Shown here piece by piece: positions 25,488 to 39,864 of a DNA stretch of 64,000 bases; within the stretch, counting starts at the first letter, position 1; every line of letters starts with the position of its first letter. The position numbers and the translations under genes were made by a program. The stretch lies in assembly GCF_009914755.1 (NCBI RefSeq), contig NC_060935.1; one strand, given 5' to 3'. Below the pieces are notes generated by a model. It was not told the DNA's origin and searched no databases. It worked only from the letters and a program-made list of their open reading frames with translations. The stretch comes from the human T2T-CHM13v2.0 reference genome, Homo sapiens.

Positions 25488-28400
25488 CTTTGTTTATTTG
25501 TATAGATTTAAGGGGTACAAGAGCAGTTTTGCTACATGGATATATTGCTAGTGGTGAAGCCTGGGCTATTAGTGTATCCATGACCTGAATAGTATACATT
25601 GTACTCATTAAGTAATTTCTCATTTCTCACTCCCCTTCTAACCTTCTGAGTCTCCAATATTATTTCACACTGTATACTCATGTGTACGAGTTATTTAGCT
25701 TGCACTTATGTGAACAGGAGATATTTGATTTTGTCTGTCTGAGTTGTTTCCCTTAAGAGAATGGCCTCCAGTTCCATCCATGTTGCCGCAAAAGACATGA
25801 TTTCACTCCTTTTTATGGCTGAATATCACATTTTCTTATTTTCAGTCACCTATTGATGGACACTTGATTACCTATCTTTGCTATTGTGAACAGTGCTGCA
25901 ATAAACATACTAGTGCAGGTATTTTTTTTTCAATATAATGATTTCTTTTCCTTAGGCTATATACCTAGTAATGAGAATGCTGGATCCAATGGTAGTTCCT
26001 AGTTCTTTAAGAAATCTCCACACTGTTTTCCATACAGGTAGTATTAATTTACATTCCCACCAAGAGCCTGTAAACGTTCCCTTTTCTCTGCATTCTCACC
26101 AACATCTGTTATTTTTGGACATCTAAATCTTAATATTAGTCATTATGACTTTTGTAAGATGACATCTTTTTGTGGTTTTAATTTGCATTTTTCTGATGAT
26201 ATGGTTTGGATTTGTGTTCCCACCCAAATCGCATGTTGAAATGTAATCTCCAGTTCTGGAGGAGGGGTCTGGTAGGATGTGATTGGATCATGGGGATGGA
26301 CTTTCCCCTTGCTGTTCTCATGATAATGAGTTCTCATGAGATCTGGTTGCAAAAATGTTTGTGGCACTTTCCCCTTTACTCTCTTCCTCCTGCTCTGGCC
26401 ATGTAAGACATGCTGCCTTCCTCTTTGCCTTCTACCATGATTGTAAGTTTTCTGAGTGCCCCCCTCCTACCTTGATCATGTTTCCTATACAGCCTGCAGA
26501 ACCATGAGCCAATTAAACCTCTGTTCTTTATAAATTACCCAGTCTCAGATAGTTCTTTATAGCAATGCAAGAATGAACTAATACAGAAAATTGGTGCTGG
26601 GAGGTGGGGCATTGCTATAAATATACCTGAAAATGTAGAAGCAACTTTGGGGTTAATGGGCAGAGGTTGGAAGAGTGTGGAGGGCTCAGAAGAGGACAGA
26701 AAGATGAGGAAGTTTGGAACTTCCTATATACTTGTTACGTTGTTGTGACCAAAATCCTGATACTGATATCATCAATGAAGTCTAAGCTGAGGAGGTCTCA
26801 GATGGAAATGAGGAACTTATTGGGAACTTGAGTAAATGTCACTTTTGTGATGCGTTAGCAGAGTTTGGAGTCATTATGTCCCTGCTCTAGAGATCTGGAA
26901 ATTTGAACTTGAGAATGATGATTTATGGTATCTGATGAAAGAAATTTCAAAGTAGCAAAACATTCAAGATGTTTCCTGGCTGCTTCTAGTAGGCTATCCT
27001 TATGAGCAAAGAGATCACATGGAACTGGAACATGTATTTAAAAGGGAAACAGAGCATAAAAGTTTGGAAAATTTGCAGCCTGACTGTGGTAGAAATGAAA
27101 AACTGATTTTCTTGGGGGGAGTTCAAGCTGGCTGCAAAAATTTGCATAAGTAAAGAGAAACCCAGTGTTATTGCCAAGACAATGGGGAAAATGCCTATAC
27201 AACCTGAAGACACTGCTCCCTGCATCCCAGCCACCACAGCTCCAGCAGTGGCTAAAAGGCCCCATATATGTCTCAGGCCACTGCTCCAGCAGGTGGAAGC
27301 CACAAGTCATGGCAGCTTCCATGTGGTGTTAAGCCTGCATGTTCACAGAGGGCAAGAGTTGAGGCTTATGAGCCTCCACCTAGATTTCACAGGATATATG
27401 GAAATGCTTGGATGTCCAGGCAGAAGTCTGCTGCAGGGGTGGAGCTTTCTACTAGGGCTGTGGAGGGGAAATGTGGGGTTGGAGCCCCCACACAGAGTCC
27501 CCACTGGAGAACTGCCTAGTGGAGCTGTGAGAACAGATCCACTGTCCCATAGACCCCAGAATGTTAAATCCACTGACAGCTTGCACCTTATACCTGGAAA
27601 AGCTGCAGGCACTCAATACCAACCCAAGAAAGCAGCCACAAGGTTTGTACCCTGCAGAGCCACTGGGGCACATATGCCCAAGGTCTTGGGAGCACTGATG
27701 AAAGCCAAGCCCTTTCATCAGTGTGGCCAAGATGTGACGTGAAGTCAAAGGAGATTATTTTGGAGATTTATGATTTAATAACTGCCCTCCTGGGTTTTGG
27801 GCTTGTTTGGGGCCTGAAGCCCCTTTGTTTTGTCAAATTTCTCCCTTTTGGAATGGGTGTGTTTACCTAATGCCTGTATCCCCATTTTATATTGGAATCA
27901 ACTGGCTTGTTTTGATTTTACAGGCTCATAGGTGGAAGGAACTTGCCTTGTCTCAGATGAAACTTTGGACTGCAGACATTTGAGTTAATGCTGAAATTAG
28001 TTAAGACTTTGGGGGACTCTTGAGAAGGGACAGTTGTACTTTGCAATGTGAGAAGGACATGGGATTTGGTAGGGGCCAGGGGCAGAATGATATGGTTTGC
28101 GTGTGTGTCTCTGCCCAAATCTCATGTTGAATCGCAATTTCCAGTGTTGGAGGACAGACCTGGTGGAATGGGAATGGATCATGGGGCAGACTTCTCCCTT
28201 GCTGTTTTCATGTTAATGAGTAAGTTCACAGAAGGTCTGGTTTTAAAAAAAAAAGTGTGGGGCACCTTCCTATTTGCTCTTTTTTTCCTGCTCTGGCCAT
28301 ATAAGTCATGACTCCTTCCTCTCCACCATTCTCCATGACTGTTAAGATTCCTGAGGCCTCCCGAGCCACGCTTCCTGTACAGCCTGCAGAACTGTGAACC

Positions 28401-28881
28401 TATTAAACCTCTTTTCTTTATGAAGTACCCAGTCTCAAGTAGTTCTTTACAGCAATTCAAGACCAGAAAAATACATCTGATGATTAGGGATGTTGAGCAT
28501 TTTTTCATATGCTTGGTCGTTTGTATGACTTCCTTTTGAAAAATTCCCATTCGTGTCCTTTGCCCACTTTTTAAATCAACTCAAGATGGATCCAAGACTT
28601 AAATGAGACCTGAAACTATGAATGTACTAGAAAAAAACCTAGGGAAAAATCTTCTTGACATTGGGGTAGGCAAATAATTTATTGACTAAAACTTCAAAAG
28701 AAAAAGCAACAAAAGCAAAAATAAACAAATGAGACAAACTGAGAAATTTCTGCACAGCAAAAGAATCAACAGAGTGAACAGACAACCTGCACTATGGGAG
28801 AAAATATTTGTAAACTATGCATCCAACAGGACTGATATCCAGAATTTAAAAGGAACTCAAACAAGTCAATGAAAAATAACC
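25488..28881 (-). mobile_element. L1PB-type element with 5' inversion (inverted part ~28575-28881), interrupted by an MST provirus
   Basis: 3' end tatagatttaaggggtacaagagcagttttgctacatgg; L1 resumes at 28476 (tctgatgattagggatgttgagc), then switches strand at ~28574. Confidence 0.88.
26197..28475 (+). mobile_element. Full-length MSTA-like MaLR provirus (LTRs 26197-26585 and 28088-28475; internal 26586-28087)
   Basis: Both LTRs TGATATGGTTTG...AATACA; MaLR internal gaaaattggt...cctgaaaatgtagaagcaactttgg; perfect 5-bp TSD TCTGA (26192-26196, 28476-28480). Confidence 0.95.
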
Positions 28882-28958
28882 TTGCCTTTTTAAAAGAAAT
28901 GTGTATATCAATAAAGCAAATATTCCTTATGAAATTTATTTATTTAAAAAAAAATCAC

Positions 28959-29311
<353 letters not shown>

Positions 29312-30762
29312 TTATATTGGCTATAGCCATGTTTGAGTTTTATTTGTGATGTGACTACATTGGAAAGCAGTATTTTCAGAAACTGTAAGTGCTCTTTGGC
29401 GTGATCAAAACATTTATATGTTTGTAGGTGCAAGTTTTTATTTTAGTTCTTCTTAGATAAGCAATTATTCCTTTGGTAACAAGAAGCTATACAAGATACT
29501 GCCTTCAAGGGATTTCTTACCCTGACATGAGATCTTAGTCCAGCGGAAACTACTGGCATCTTATACACTAAATTGGTATGTTTTCATTAATTAATGAAAA
29601 AGCCATCTTAAAGGAATGAAATAAAATAAAACCCTGGGGCAGGGAAAAATATTAGAGAAACTACCACTCTTTTGGAACCTGAACATTTGAATCTATCATC
29701 TTCATTTGATAGGGTCCTAAAGTGGTACTGGGTCAAAGCAGGCTGTTAGGAATGGAGGCTTTTAGAGGAAAAAAGGTAGCATTAACCAAACGTTTGTTGA
29801 GTACTATTTTTAAGAATCATCTCTAATGCTGTGTGCTCCTAGTCACCATTATTTAATGCAGTTGCCACTGCCCTGCAGACACTAACCTAATTTGCAAGGA
29901 GCGTTTGGTGACTTACAATTGATTGGCTTCCAAAGTCTCCAAGAAATCAGTCACAACAGTCTTTTAACCCAAACACCATTTGATATGGTTTGGCTGTGTC
30001 CTCACCCAAATCCCAACTTGAACTGTGTCTTCCAGAATTCCCACGTGTTGTGGGAGGGACCCAAGGGGAGGTAATTGAATCATGGGGGCCAGTCTTTCCC
30101 ACGCTATTCTCATGATAGTGAATAAATCTCAAGAGATCTGATGGGCTTGTCAGGGGTTTCCGGTTTTGCTTCTTCCTCATTTTTCTCTTGCTGCTGTCAT
30201 GTAAGAAGTGCATTTTGCCTCCCACCATAGTTCTGAGGCCTCCCTAGGCATGTGGAACTGTAAGTCCAATTAAACCTCTTTTTGTTCCCAGTTTGTGTGC
30301 CTTTATCAGCAGTTCGAAAATGTACAAATACAGTTAATTGGTACCAGTAGAGTGGCGTGTTCCTGAAAAATATCCGAAAATGTGGAAGTGACTTTGGAAC
30401 TGGGTAATAGGTGGAGGTCAGAACAGTTTGGAGGGCTCATAAGAGGACAGGAAAATGTGGGAAAGCTTGGAACCTCCTAAAGACTGGTTAAGTGGCTTTG
30501 AAAAAAATGCCGATAGTGATATGAGCAATAAGGTCCAGGCTGAGGTGGTCTCAGATGGAGATGAGGAGTTTGTTGGGAACTGGAGCAAAGGTGACTCCTG
30601 TTACGTCACCAAAGAGACTGGTGGCATTTCACCCCTGCCCTAGAGATTTGTGAAACTTTAAACTTCAGAGAGATGATTTAGGGTATCTGGTGGAAGAAAC
30701 GGATTCTAAGCAGCAAAGCATTCAAAAGGTGATTTAGGTGCTATTAAAAGCATCACATTTTA

Positions 30763-31080
<318 letters not shown>

Positions 31081-31276
31081 TTAAAAGGTAAACAGCATAA
31101 AAGTTCAGAAAATTTGCAGCCTGACAATGCAGTAGAAAAGAAAACCCCATTTTTTGAGGAGAAATTTAAGCTGGCTGCAGAAATTGCATAAGTAGCAAGG
31201 AGCCTAATGTTAATCCCAAGACCATGGGGAAATGTCTGCAGGCCATGTCAGAGACCTTCATGGCAGCCCCTCCCAT

Positions 31277-31969
31277 TGTGTCCAGAATTTATTCCTTCCG
31301 GTGGGTTCTTGGTCTCGCTGACTTCAAGAATGAAGCCGGGGAACCTTGTGGTGAGTGTTACAGCTCTTAAAAATGGTGTGTCTGGAGTTTGTTCCTTCAG
31401 ATGTTCAGATGCCTCCGGACTTTCTTCCTTCTGGTGGGTTCTTGGTCTTGCTGACTTCAGGAGTGAAGCCGCAGACCTTTGCAGTGAGTGTTACAGCTCT
31501 TAAAGATCGTGCATCTGGAGTTGGGTGTTTGTTCCTCCCAGTGGGTTCATGGTCTCACTGACTTCAGGAATGAAGCTGCAGACCTTCGCAGTGAGTGTTA
31601 CAGCTTGTAAAGGTAGTGTGGACCCAAAGAGTGAGCAGCAGCAACATTTATCATGAAGAGCAAAAGAACAAAGCTTCCACAGCCTCGAAAGGGACCCGAG
31701 CAGGTTGCTTGGCACTGCTGGCTCGGGTGGCCAGGTTTTATTCCCTTATTTGGCCCTGCCCACATCCTGATTGGTCCATTTTACAGAGTGCTGATTGGTC
31801 CACTTTATAGAGTGCTGATTGGTATGTTTTTACAGAGTGCTGATTGGTGCGTTTATAATCCTTTAGCTAGACACAGAGTGATGATTGGTACATTTACAAT
31901 CCCTTAGCTAGACACAAAAGTTCTCCAAGTGCCCACCCGACCCAGAAGCCCAGCTGGCTTCACCTCTCA
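31277..31969 (-). mobile_element. LTR12-family (ERV9) solo LTR, 693 bp, nested in THE1A-int
   Basis: Reverse complement starts TGAGAGGTGAAGCCAGCTGGGCTTCTGGGTCGGG and ends ...TTCTGGACACA; CCAATCAGCACTCT repeats; perfect 4-bp TSD CCAT (31273-31276, 31970-31973). Confidence 0.96.
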
Positions 31970-34900
31970 CCATCACAGGCCCGGAGGCCCAGGAGGAAAA
32001 AGTGGTTTCGTGGGCTGGCCCAGGGACCCTGTGCTGTGTGCAGCCTAGGGACTTGGTGCCCTGTGTCCCAGCCACTCCAGTCATGGCTGAAAGGGGCAAC
32101 GTAGAGCTCAGACTGTGACTTCAGACGGTGGAAGCCTCAAGCCTTGGCAGCTTCCACATGGTGTTGAGCCTGCGGGAGCACAGAAGAATTGAGGTTTGGG
32201 AACCTCCGCCTAGATGTTAGAGATGTATGGAAATGCCTGGATCACCAAGAAAAAGTTTGTTGCAGGGGTGCAGCCCTCATGGAGAACCTCTGCTAGGGCA
32301 GTGCAGAAGGGAAATGTGGGGTTGGAGCTCCCAAACGTAGTCTCTACTGGGGCACTGCTTAGTGAAGCTGCGAGAAGAGGGCTGCCATCCTCCAGTTCCT
32401 GGAATGGTAGATCCACCAACAGCTTGTACCATGTGCCTGGAAAAGCCACGGGCACTCAACACTAGTGCATGAAAGCATCCAGAAGGGAGGGTGTACCCTG
32501 CAAAGCTACAGAGGCAGAACTGCCCAAGACTGTAGGAACCTACCTCTTGCATCACTGTGACCTGGATGTGAGACCTGGAGTCAACAAAGATCATTTTGGA
32601 GCTTTAAAATTTGACTGCTCCACTGGATTTTTGACTTGCATGGGCCCTGTAACCTTTTTGTTTTGGCCAATTTCTCCTATTTGGAAAGGCTGTATTGACC
32701 CAGTACATGTACCTCTGTTGTATCTAGGAAGTAACTAGCTTGCTTTTGATTTTACAGGCTGATAGGCAGAAAGGACTTGTCTTGTTCAAATGAGACTGGA
32801 CTGTGGACATTTTGGTTAATGCTGAAATGAGTTAAGACTTTGGGGGACTGAGGGGAAGGCATGATTGGTTTTAAAATGTGAGGACATGAGATTTGGAGGG
32901 TCCAGGGACAGAATGATATGGTTTGACTGTGTCCCAACCCAAATCTCAACTTGAATTGTATCTCCCAGAATTCCCATGTGTTATGGGAGGGACCAAGGGG
33001 GAGGTAATTGAATCATGGGGGCTGGTTTTTCCTGTGCTATTCTTGTGATAGTGAATAAGTCTCGTGAGATCTGATGGGTTTATCAGGGGTTTCCGCTTTT
33101 GCTTCTTCCTTGTTTTTCTGTTGCTACTGCCATGCCTTTTGCCTCCTGCCATGATTCTGAGGCCTCCCTAGACATGTGGAACTGTAAATCCAATTAAACC
33201 TCTTTTTGTTCCCAGTTTTGGTGTGTCTTTATCAGCAGTGTGAAAATGGACTAACACTTTTCTTGCAAACATGCACATTATTATAAACTCTAGATACCAA
33301 AGTAGACTGCCAAGAAGACAATTTAACAAACTAACAAAATACAGAGTTATAGCTTTGTGGTATAAACTGTGCTTTACTGTTCAATATTTAGGTGTTATGG
33401 CTGCATGGTCCTGAGAGATTGGATTTCTGATAAGTCAGCATAGAGACTGCCCATTAAGATATTCCACGTATCTGAAATAATAAAACAGTATAACGTCACA
33501 GAGAAATGAAGGTAGAATGAATAGGCCAAGAGCCCTGTGATTTCACACCTAACCACAACTCCATCAGATAGTCCAGATGCAGACTAGACTTCCCACATGC
33601 CAACAACTGATCCTCTCCCCAAACCACATCTTCTTCCACATTTCACGCTTTAAGTTTAATTTGGCAAGTGTTTCCTTCATGAAAGATAGATGGAGTGTTT
33701 ATCAAGGAACTCAGTATTGCCACACTGGAAAAGAATACTTGGCGACTCACCTTGAACAGCGTTTTAATTGGCCTGTTGCCGAATCTGTTTGCTTTTTCAT
33801 TCTTTATTCCTACACCATGGTGGTTCTTAATAGTGGGAGGCTAAAAAGCAATGTCAAATCTATGGCTCCCAAAACTGTTCAGAAAGCAATTCTTTTATTC
33901 TATTTAAACTCATCTGTTGTGAATACTGGCTGGGAGTATGGACTAAATGCCCACAGCTGTTATAAAATTTGTGTTTTATTGCTGTCTTCTCTGATAAATG
34001 TATCTATTCTTGTACATTTTTCCCCTTCCTGTGTCTTACAAGGGTATTATGGAAATGGTGAAACAGTGAAACTACTCAACTGGGGCTGTTTGTGAGGCTG
34101 AGCAGTTATGATTTTAAGGGTTAGTTATAAATTTTAAGAATGAATTAGTGAATCTATTTTGATAACTCTCTAATTTGTCTAGCCTGTATACACCAGCCAT
34201 ATACTAGGCACTAGACCAAGGACCACATAAACAGTTGTAACAGTTATAAGCAACAACTTCGATTGACACATATAAGCAGTGTTTTTCTAAAAAATGCTGA
34301 TTTTTCAAGCTTCCAACTTGAGATCAACTGGCTCAAAAATTACTAAAAATTTAAAGCCAGCTCTTGTAAGCTGGTACAATCTGCCTCTGAGCAAGGGAAA
34401 CATCTCAGCATAAAGAAGGGTATTCAGAAAACAGAAGCAGCGTGTTAGAGGGCTTCATACCAGGAGGCCACACGAGGTGTCAGGAATAAAGAAACAGCAA
34501 TATTATTCTCCCTCACCATTTTATTATTACTCTTGGTTATGGAAAAATAGCCATAAGAAATTTTGCTTTTTGATACAGTTTGTCCGCAACCTTCCCATAC
34601 GCACAAGGAAATAGTTGAATTTTTACCTACTTTTTCTACATAGTCCCCACTTCCATGCTCACTGCCATTTTCTACAAAACAGCACAGGATTTAAAGCAGC
34701 CCTATAATTTATAATTTTTTGAAGTTTTCTGAAAAAAAATATAAAAACTTAAAAGTAAAAGAGTTAATTACATATACATTATTAAATGGTAGCTTATGCT
34801 AAGGAAACTTAATTTGTCCGTAAGTACAGCTTAATATATTCTCTAAATACTACATGTAACTTCCAAAATCTGAAAATATCATTTTAAATCAATCATAATA

Positions 34901-35639
34901 AGGACAAGGGTTCCCCTGTTTTCTGAAGTCTCTCACTCCAATGTGGATAAGCAAAAATATATTGATTATGGGCCATTGGCCATGGAATGGGAATAATTTA
35001 GTTATCTAGAATTAAAATAGTGTTTAATAAAATTAGATTCTCTTTGAAGCATTAGGATGAAGGAGACTAAGCATTAGTGTCTTATTAGAGTCAGCGAGCT
35101 GAGCTCTATGTTCTGTGCTGTTTCAATTCTTCTGCTTCACTTCTGAAATTAGTATTGATAGATGCTTTTGCTTAAATGGTGATGGCACAATCTGATCTGA
35201 TTTTTCTTATATTTTTGCATGTTCCTAATCCTATGGGTCATTCTACTTGTATAATGTCTGATTAGTAGAACTTATCTGTTCAATAAAACTACCTTTGGTC
35301 AGCTCCATCTGTCATGATAACTCTCTGGGGCAGCAGTTGTTTCTTTAACCATACAGTTCAAAATGCTTATTATATGTTAGATAGTGATTTATCATTTAAT
35401 ATCTGCCACTTGTTTTAATAAAGTACTCTTATGTGTATATAGTTCTCATCCTGTCCCACACTCAAAATATCATCATTTGATAATTATAACGATAAGTACA
35501 GGGCATTAATTGCCCAATCATTTTTAGACTAATCAACTCATTTATCTTCATCGCTAGATTTTGAGGCCATTTCTGTTTTGTTCAGTGTTTTTCACCTATG
35601 CCTAAAATAGTAAAAGGACAGAAGAACACAAAATCAATT

Positions 35640-35830
35640 TTTAGTGAGTACTTAATTTTATATTGTGGAAATATTTGTCCTACTTTATGAATGAAGCAAC
35701 TAATGAAGGCAGAGATTAGGAAAATTCAAGTCCATGTCCAAGTTCTGCTAGTTAAGAAGCAAAACCAGAATTCAAATCTGAGTCTACCTACCAGCAAAAA
35801 ATAAGTTACTAATACTAGGCTGCACTGTTT
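35640..35830 (-). mobile_element. MIR SINE
   Basis: ctactttatgaatgaagcaactaatgaaggcagagattagg...ctagttaagaagcaaaaccagaattcaaatctgagtct. Confidence 0.62.
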
Positions 35831-37951
35831 CCCATATGGTAGAAAGAAAAAGCTAAGGTAAAGATAAAGACACAATTCTTAGCACATAATAGATTCTTAA
35901 TAAATATTTTCTTGTTCAAGTTGGAGTGTAAAGGACGTCACTTTAATATTCATTTAGGTCTTCTAGTTGCCATTCAGCTCTCTAGCCTTAATAACTTGAT
36001 TAAGTGTCTGGGACTGAATAGGCATTCAAAAATTATTTTGTTAAGTTATATATGCCTCTTGTCCCTTCAATGGATAGCCTAAAGTAGTGTTAAGTACATT
36101 AGGTGTGTGTTTTTTAGAGTTTACTTTTTAAGTGAATAAAGATTATACCTCTGAGTTTTAATAATCTGGATTTCGTGAGATGTGATGTGTTTCCATCCCT
36201 CTTTATTGATATATTGTGTGATTGTATATACAGGGGCATGCTGGAAAGGACTGCTGTGGGCAGTTCCAGGGCCAATATTGGCTAAAAGATAAGCATAGTT
36301 TTAATGACCTTCCAAACCCTTCACAGAATTACGGCCTTGTGTTTGGCCTCCAAATAAGGGTGCATTATAAAAGATGCACATCAGTCCATCAGCAGCAGAG
36401 AGCTAGATTTTCTGTTTTCTGAACTAATGCCCTAACCACTCCTTCCTTATGTTTTTATTTCTATTCAAATGATGAATTATATATGACTTTTTGCCACCTT
36501 TAGAATACTGAAGTCATTAAATAGAGATGCAGCTCTTACATGCTAGGAATGTCACAGGCTAGTCCAGTTCTGGACCTGAGAAAGTGACACCAGTCTTTAA
36601 AAATTAATGCAGCTTCTAACTTGGCCTTCCTTTCTCCTCCTCCTTCTTGTTTGCAGCCCTCAGGGACTGCCATTCACTGGCTGGACCCCAGATGCCCTAG
36701 GGACTGCCACCTGACACCCTCTGAGGATTTCCTTCTTCTCTTTCCACCGTGAAAACTCTAAATACCTTCTTTCAAGCCTGGAATTTGCCAAGGCAAATAC
36801 TAAATAAACCTAGATTAGGTTTAATTTAAGCTAAGATGTTAGTGGCTTGCTATGTTTGTAAAAGGATAGTTTTCAAAATAATTTTTATGATGCTCAGTAA
36901 CAACTTTTTCTGTGATTTCATTTTAATGTGTATTACAAAAGGCATAACCAGCATCTTAAACTTGTTATTTTTTTAGATTAAAATTTGGGCAAAGTCTATT
37001 TTTGCAGAAATAGTATAATCTAAAGAAACAATATTAAAGAGGTGATCTGTAGTTTTGTAAAATATATATACATTTACATATATAAATATATATTCATATA
37101 TATGTGTGTGTATATATATATAATTAAAATTTGAGAAAGAATGCCATGCTGTATCTTGCTTAATCACTTGCCAGATGATGGTTGTCATTCAGCTAGCACC
37201 TAAGAAGTCTGGCACTCTTGCTAGCTATTTTACATATGTCACCATCTTCACAATTTTGTCAGGAAATGCATAGTCCATATTATTATCTTTTTGTAAAGAT
37301 ACTGAAACTTTATATGTGCACAGTAACGTGAGATAGGAAGTAGAAGTGAGTCTTCACCTCAGGTATTTCAACTACACCTCATATTGTCCCCACAAAATTA
37401 AAGAAATATGAATGCTTCCACTTACCTTAGAGGAAATGCTGAGTACCTTCACTAATGCCCATTTTTCTTAAAAATTCACATGGCTTCACAGTCAGTTTGC
37501 TATAGGAATTTCAAAGTGCTTAGATTTCATGTAAGAAATTCAACTTCTTTCTGCCTAGGCTTGCCAAGGGGAGCTTTGTTTGCAAAAACAGGGGCTCCTA
37601 GAACGGAAGGGATTTTAAGCTACTGCCTGACCCATAAGTTCCTAGCATGGAACCCATGGACCTCTAAGGGAGGACACACGTGAGCTCCAGGAGATCTATG
37701 AAGTCCCTGAAATTGTACGCATGATTTGAATATGTATGTCTGTGTGGTTTTCTCCAGATATTGCCTATTATCAGAGTAGGGTTAGAGAAGGGTTATAATC
37801 CACTGATTTTTTCTTGACCTGTCCTTCAACACTACCAGAAATTAAGCCATCCACTTCAAAGAAGCCTATAAAAATAGAAATAGCTGGAGCCATAAATAAT
37901 CTTAAATGATACCCATAGGTTAAAAGAGTTTATCTTTTATAAATATCTACA

Positions 37952-38266
37952 TTTATTTATTTATTTATTTATTTATTTATTTGAGACAGGGTCTTGCTTT
38001 GTCATCCAGGCTGGAGTACAGTGGCACAAACACAGCTCACTGCAGCTTTGAACTCCTGGGCTCAAGTGATCCTCCCACCTCAGCCTCCTGAGTAGCTGGG
38101 AATACAGACTTGCCACCACGGCTGGCTGATTTTTTTTTTTTTTTTTCTGTAGAGATAGGGTTTCTCTGTGTTGCCCAGGCTTGTCTCGAACTCCTGGGCT
38201 CATGAGATCTCCTGCCTCAGCCCCTCAAATTGCTGGTATTACAGGCATGAGCCATGGCACCTGGCC
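37952..38266 (-). mobile_element. AluJ with (TTTA)n tail
   Basis: cagctcactgcagctttgaactcctgggctcaagtgatcctcccacctcagcc. Confidence 0.94.
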
Positions 38267-39392
38267 AAAATCTAACTTTTAACAGCAAGAGTAACTCCTG
38301 TACTGGAAAGAGCTAAGCTCATGGAAAAATAGGCATGAATATTTTATGATATGTTTTCCATGCCAGCTTTCCAAAGATTCTAACATGACTTTATTCATTT
38401 GTACTCTGAGTAGATGATTTGTAGCCAACATGATAGGGTCATCTCATTTATGACATGAGCAAATATAGTTGTTTGATAATCCTTCTTCCTCTTCCTAAGT
38501 CTCAGGACATTCTTGTCTTGTTGATAGAGATTTTAGAGGAAAGGAAAGGAGAACATAGGTCTTCTGGGTCATGGAAAGTAATTTCCTGCAAACGTAAGGA
38601 ACACAGCCTAGGGCTCATCTTTTCTGTGGAAGCCAATACATTTATCATCAGATCAAATCCATCTTGGTGTGAAGGTTATGGGAGATTATATTATTTGCCT
38701 TCTCCACATACATGACTAATGGAGAACAATTAATAGTTTGGAATTGTCTGCTCTGGAGCACATGTGAATTTTCCTAATTTCCATGTGTATGGCCAAGGAC
38801 ACTGATGATGATACTAAGCAGTTACTCAGTGCCAGAAATTTTGATTCTTTGATATAGAGGTCTGACATTTCAAGTTAAGTTTATTCAAGTGAAAATAGTA
38901 GGCTTTGACCAAGGTAATGAATATTCTGGGGCTATTTCCCCTGTTTCAGAGATTTTTTTTCCCATTCTGTTTTGACTTGATATTTTGATTTTTGCATTTG
39001 CAAGCATGCAAATAAATTCAACCTGCCCTTGCATAATTTGACCTCTCTGTGTTGAGCTTTTCCTTCTTTTCAGGCACCTGCCTACATTTCATCTGTTACA
39101 AGTCCAGAGCCAAATGAAGGGAGTATCTTAATATTTCAAGAACACTTACTACTGAGGTGTCCTAAAAATATCTGATGCACACTGGGCTGTCTGACTCGTT
39201 CACCAGTGTATCCCTGGCACCTAGGACACAAAAAAGTGCTAATAAAAAGTCCACATTTGCAGGATCTGCAGATGTCCTTGGAGGTAATAGGGACCCAAGT
39301 GCTCAGGGATGCAGCTTAGCTCTTGATTTCTGATTTCCACTTTGTCTTGAACTTTAGTGATTCCTCACTGTCTTGTGAACTCTTCAGTGTTG

Positions 39393-39832
39393 GTTTGTTT
39401 GTTTTTATAGATTTAGGAATACAAATGCAGATTTGTTACATTGATATATTATGTAGTAGTGAAGTCTGGGCTTTTAGTGTAACCATCACCCAAATAGTGT
39501 ACATCGTACCTATTAGGTAATTTCTCATCCCTCACTCCCCTCACTCTCCAAGCCTCAAATGTCTATTATTCCATTCTCTATATTCGTGTGTACATATAAT
39601 TTAGCTCCCACTTATAAGTGAGAACATGCAGTATTTGACTTTCTGTTTCTGAGTCATTTCACTTAAGGTAATGGACTCCAGTTCCATCCATGTTGCTGTA
39701 AAAGACATGCTTTTATCCCTTTTTTTCTGGCTGAGTAGCATTCCATGGTGTGTGTGTATGTGTCTGTAGATTTATATATAAAATCAACCTAAGCATTCAT
39801 CACAGATGACTGTAAAGAGAAAATGTTGTGTG

Positions 39833-39864
<32 letters not shown>

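Noticed and set aside
27182-27742. 186-aa ORF and overlapping ORFs at 26.1-28.5 kb and 29.9-33.2 kb
   Set aside because: All lie within MST, THE1A or LTR12 sequence; degenerate retroelement frames with no recognisable intact domain.
33577-34095. 172-aa ORF outside obvious repeats
   Set aside because: No recognisable domain, composition typical of AT-rich non-coding DNA, no supporting gene structure; treated as chance unless Ribo-seq or PhyloCSF says otherwise.
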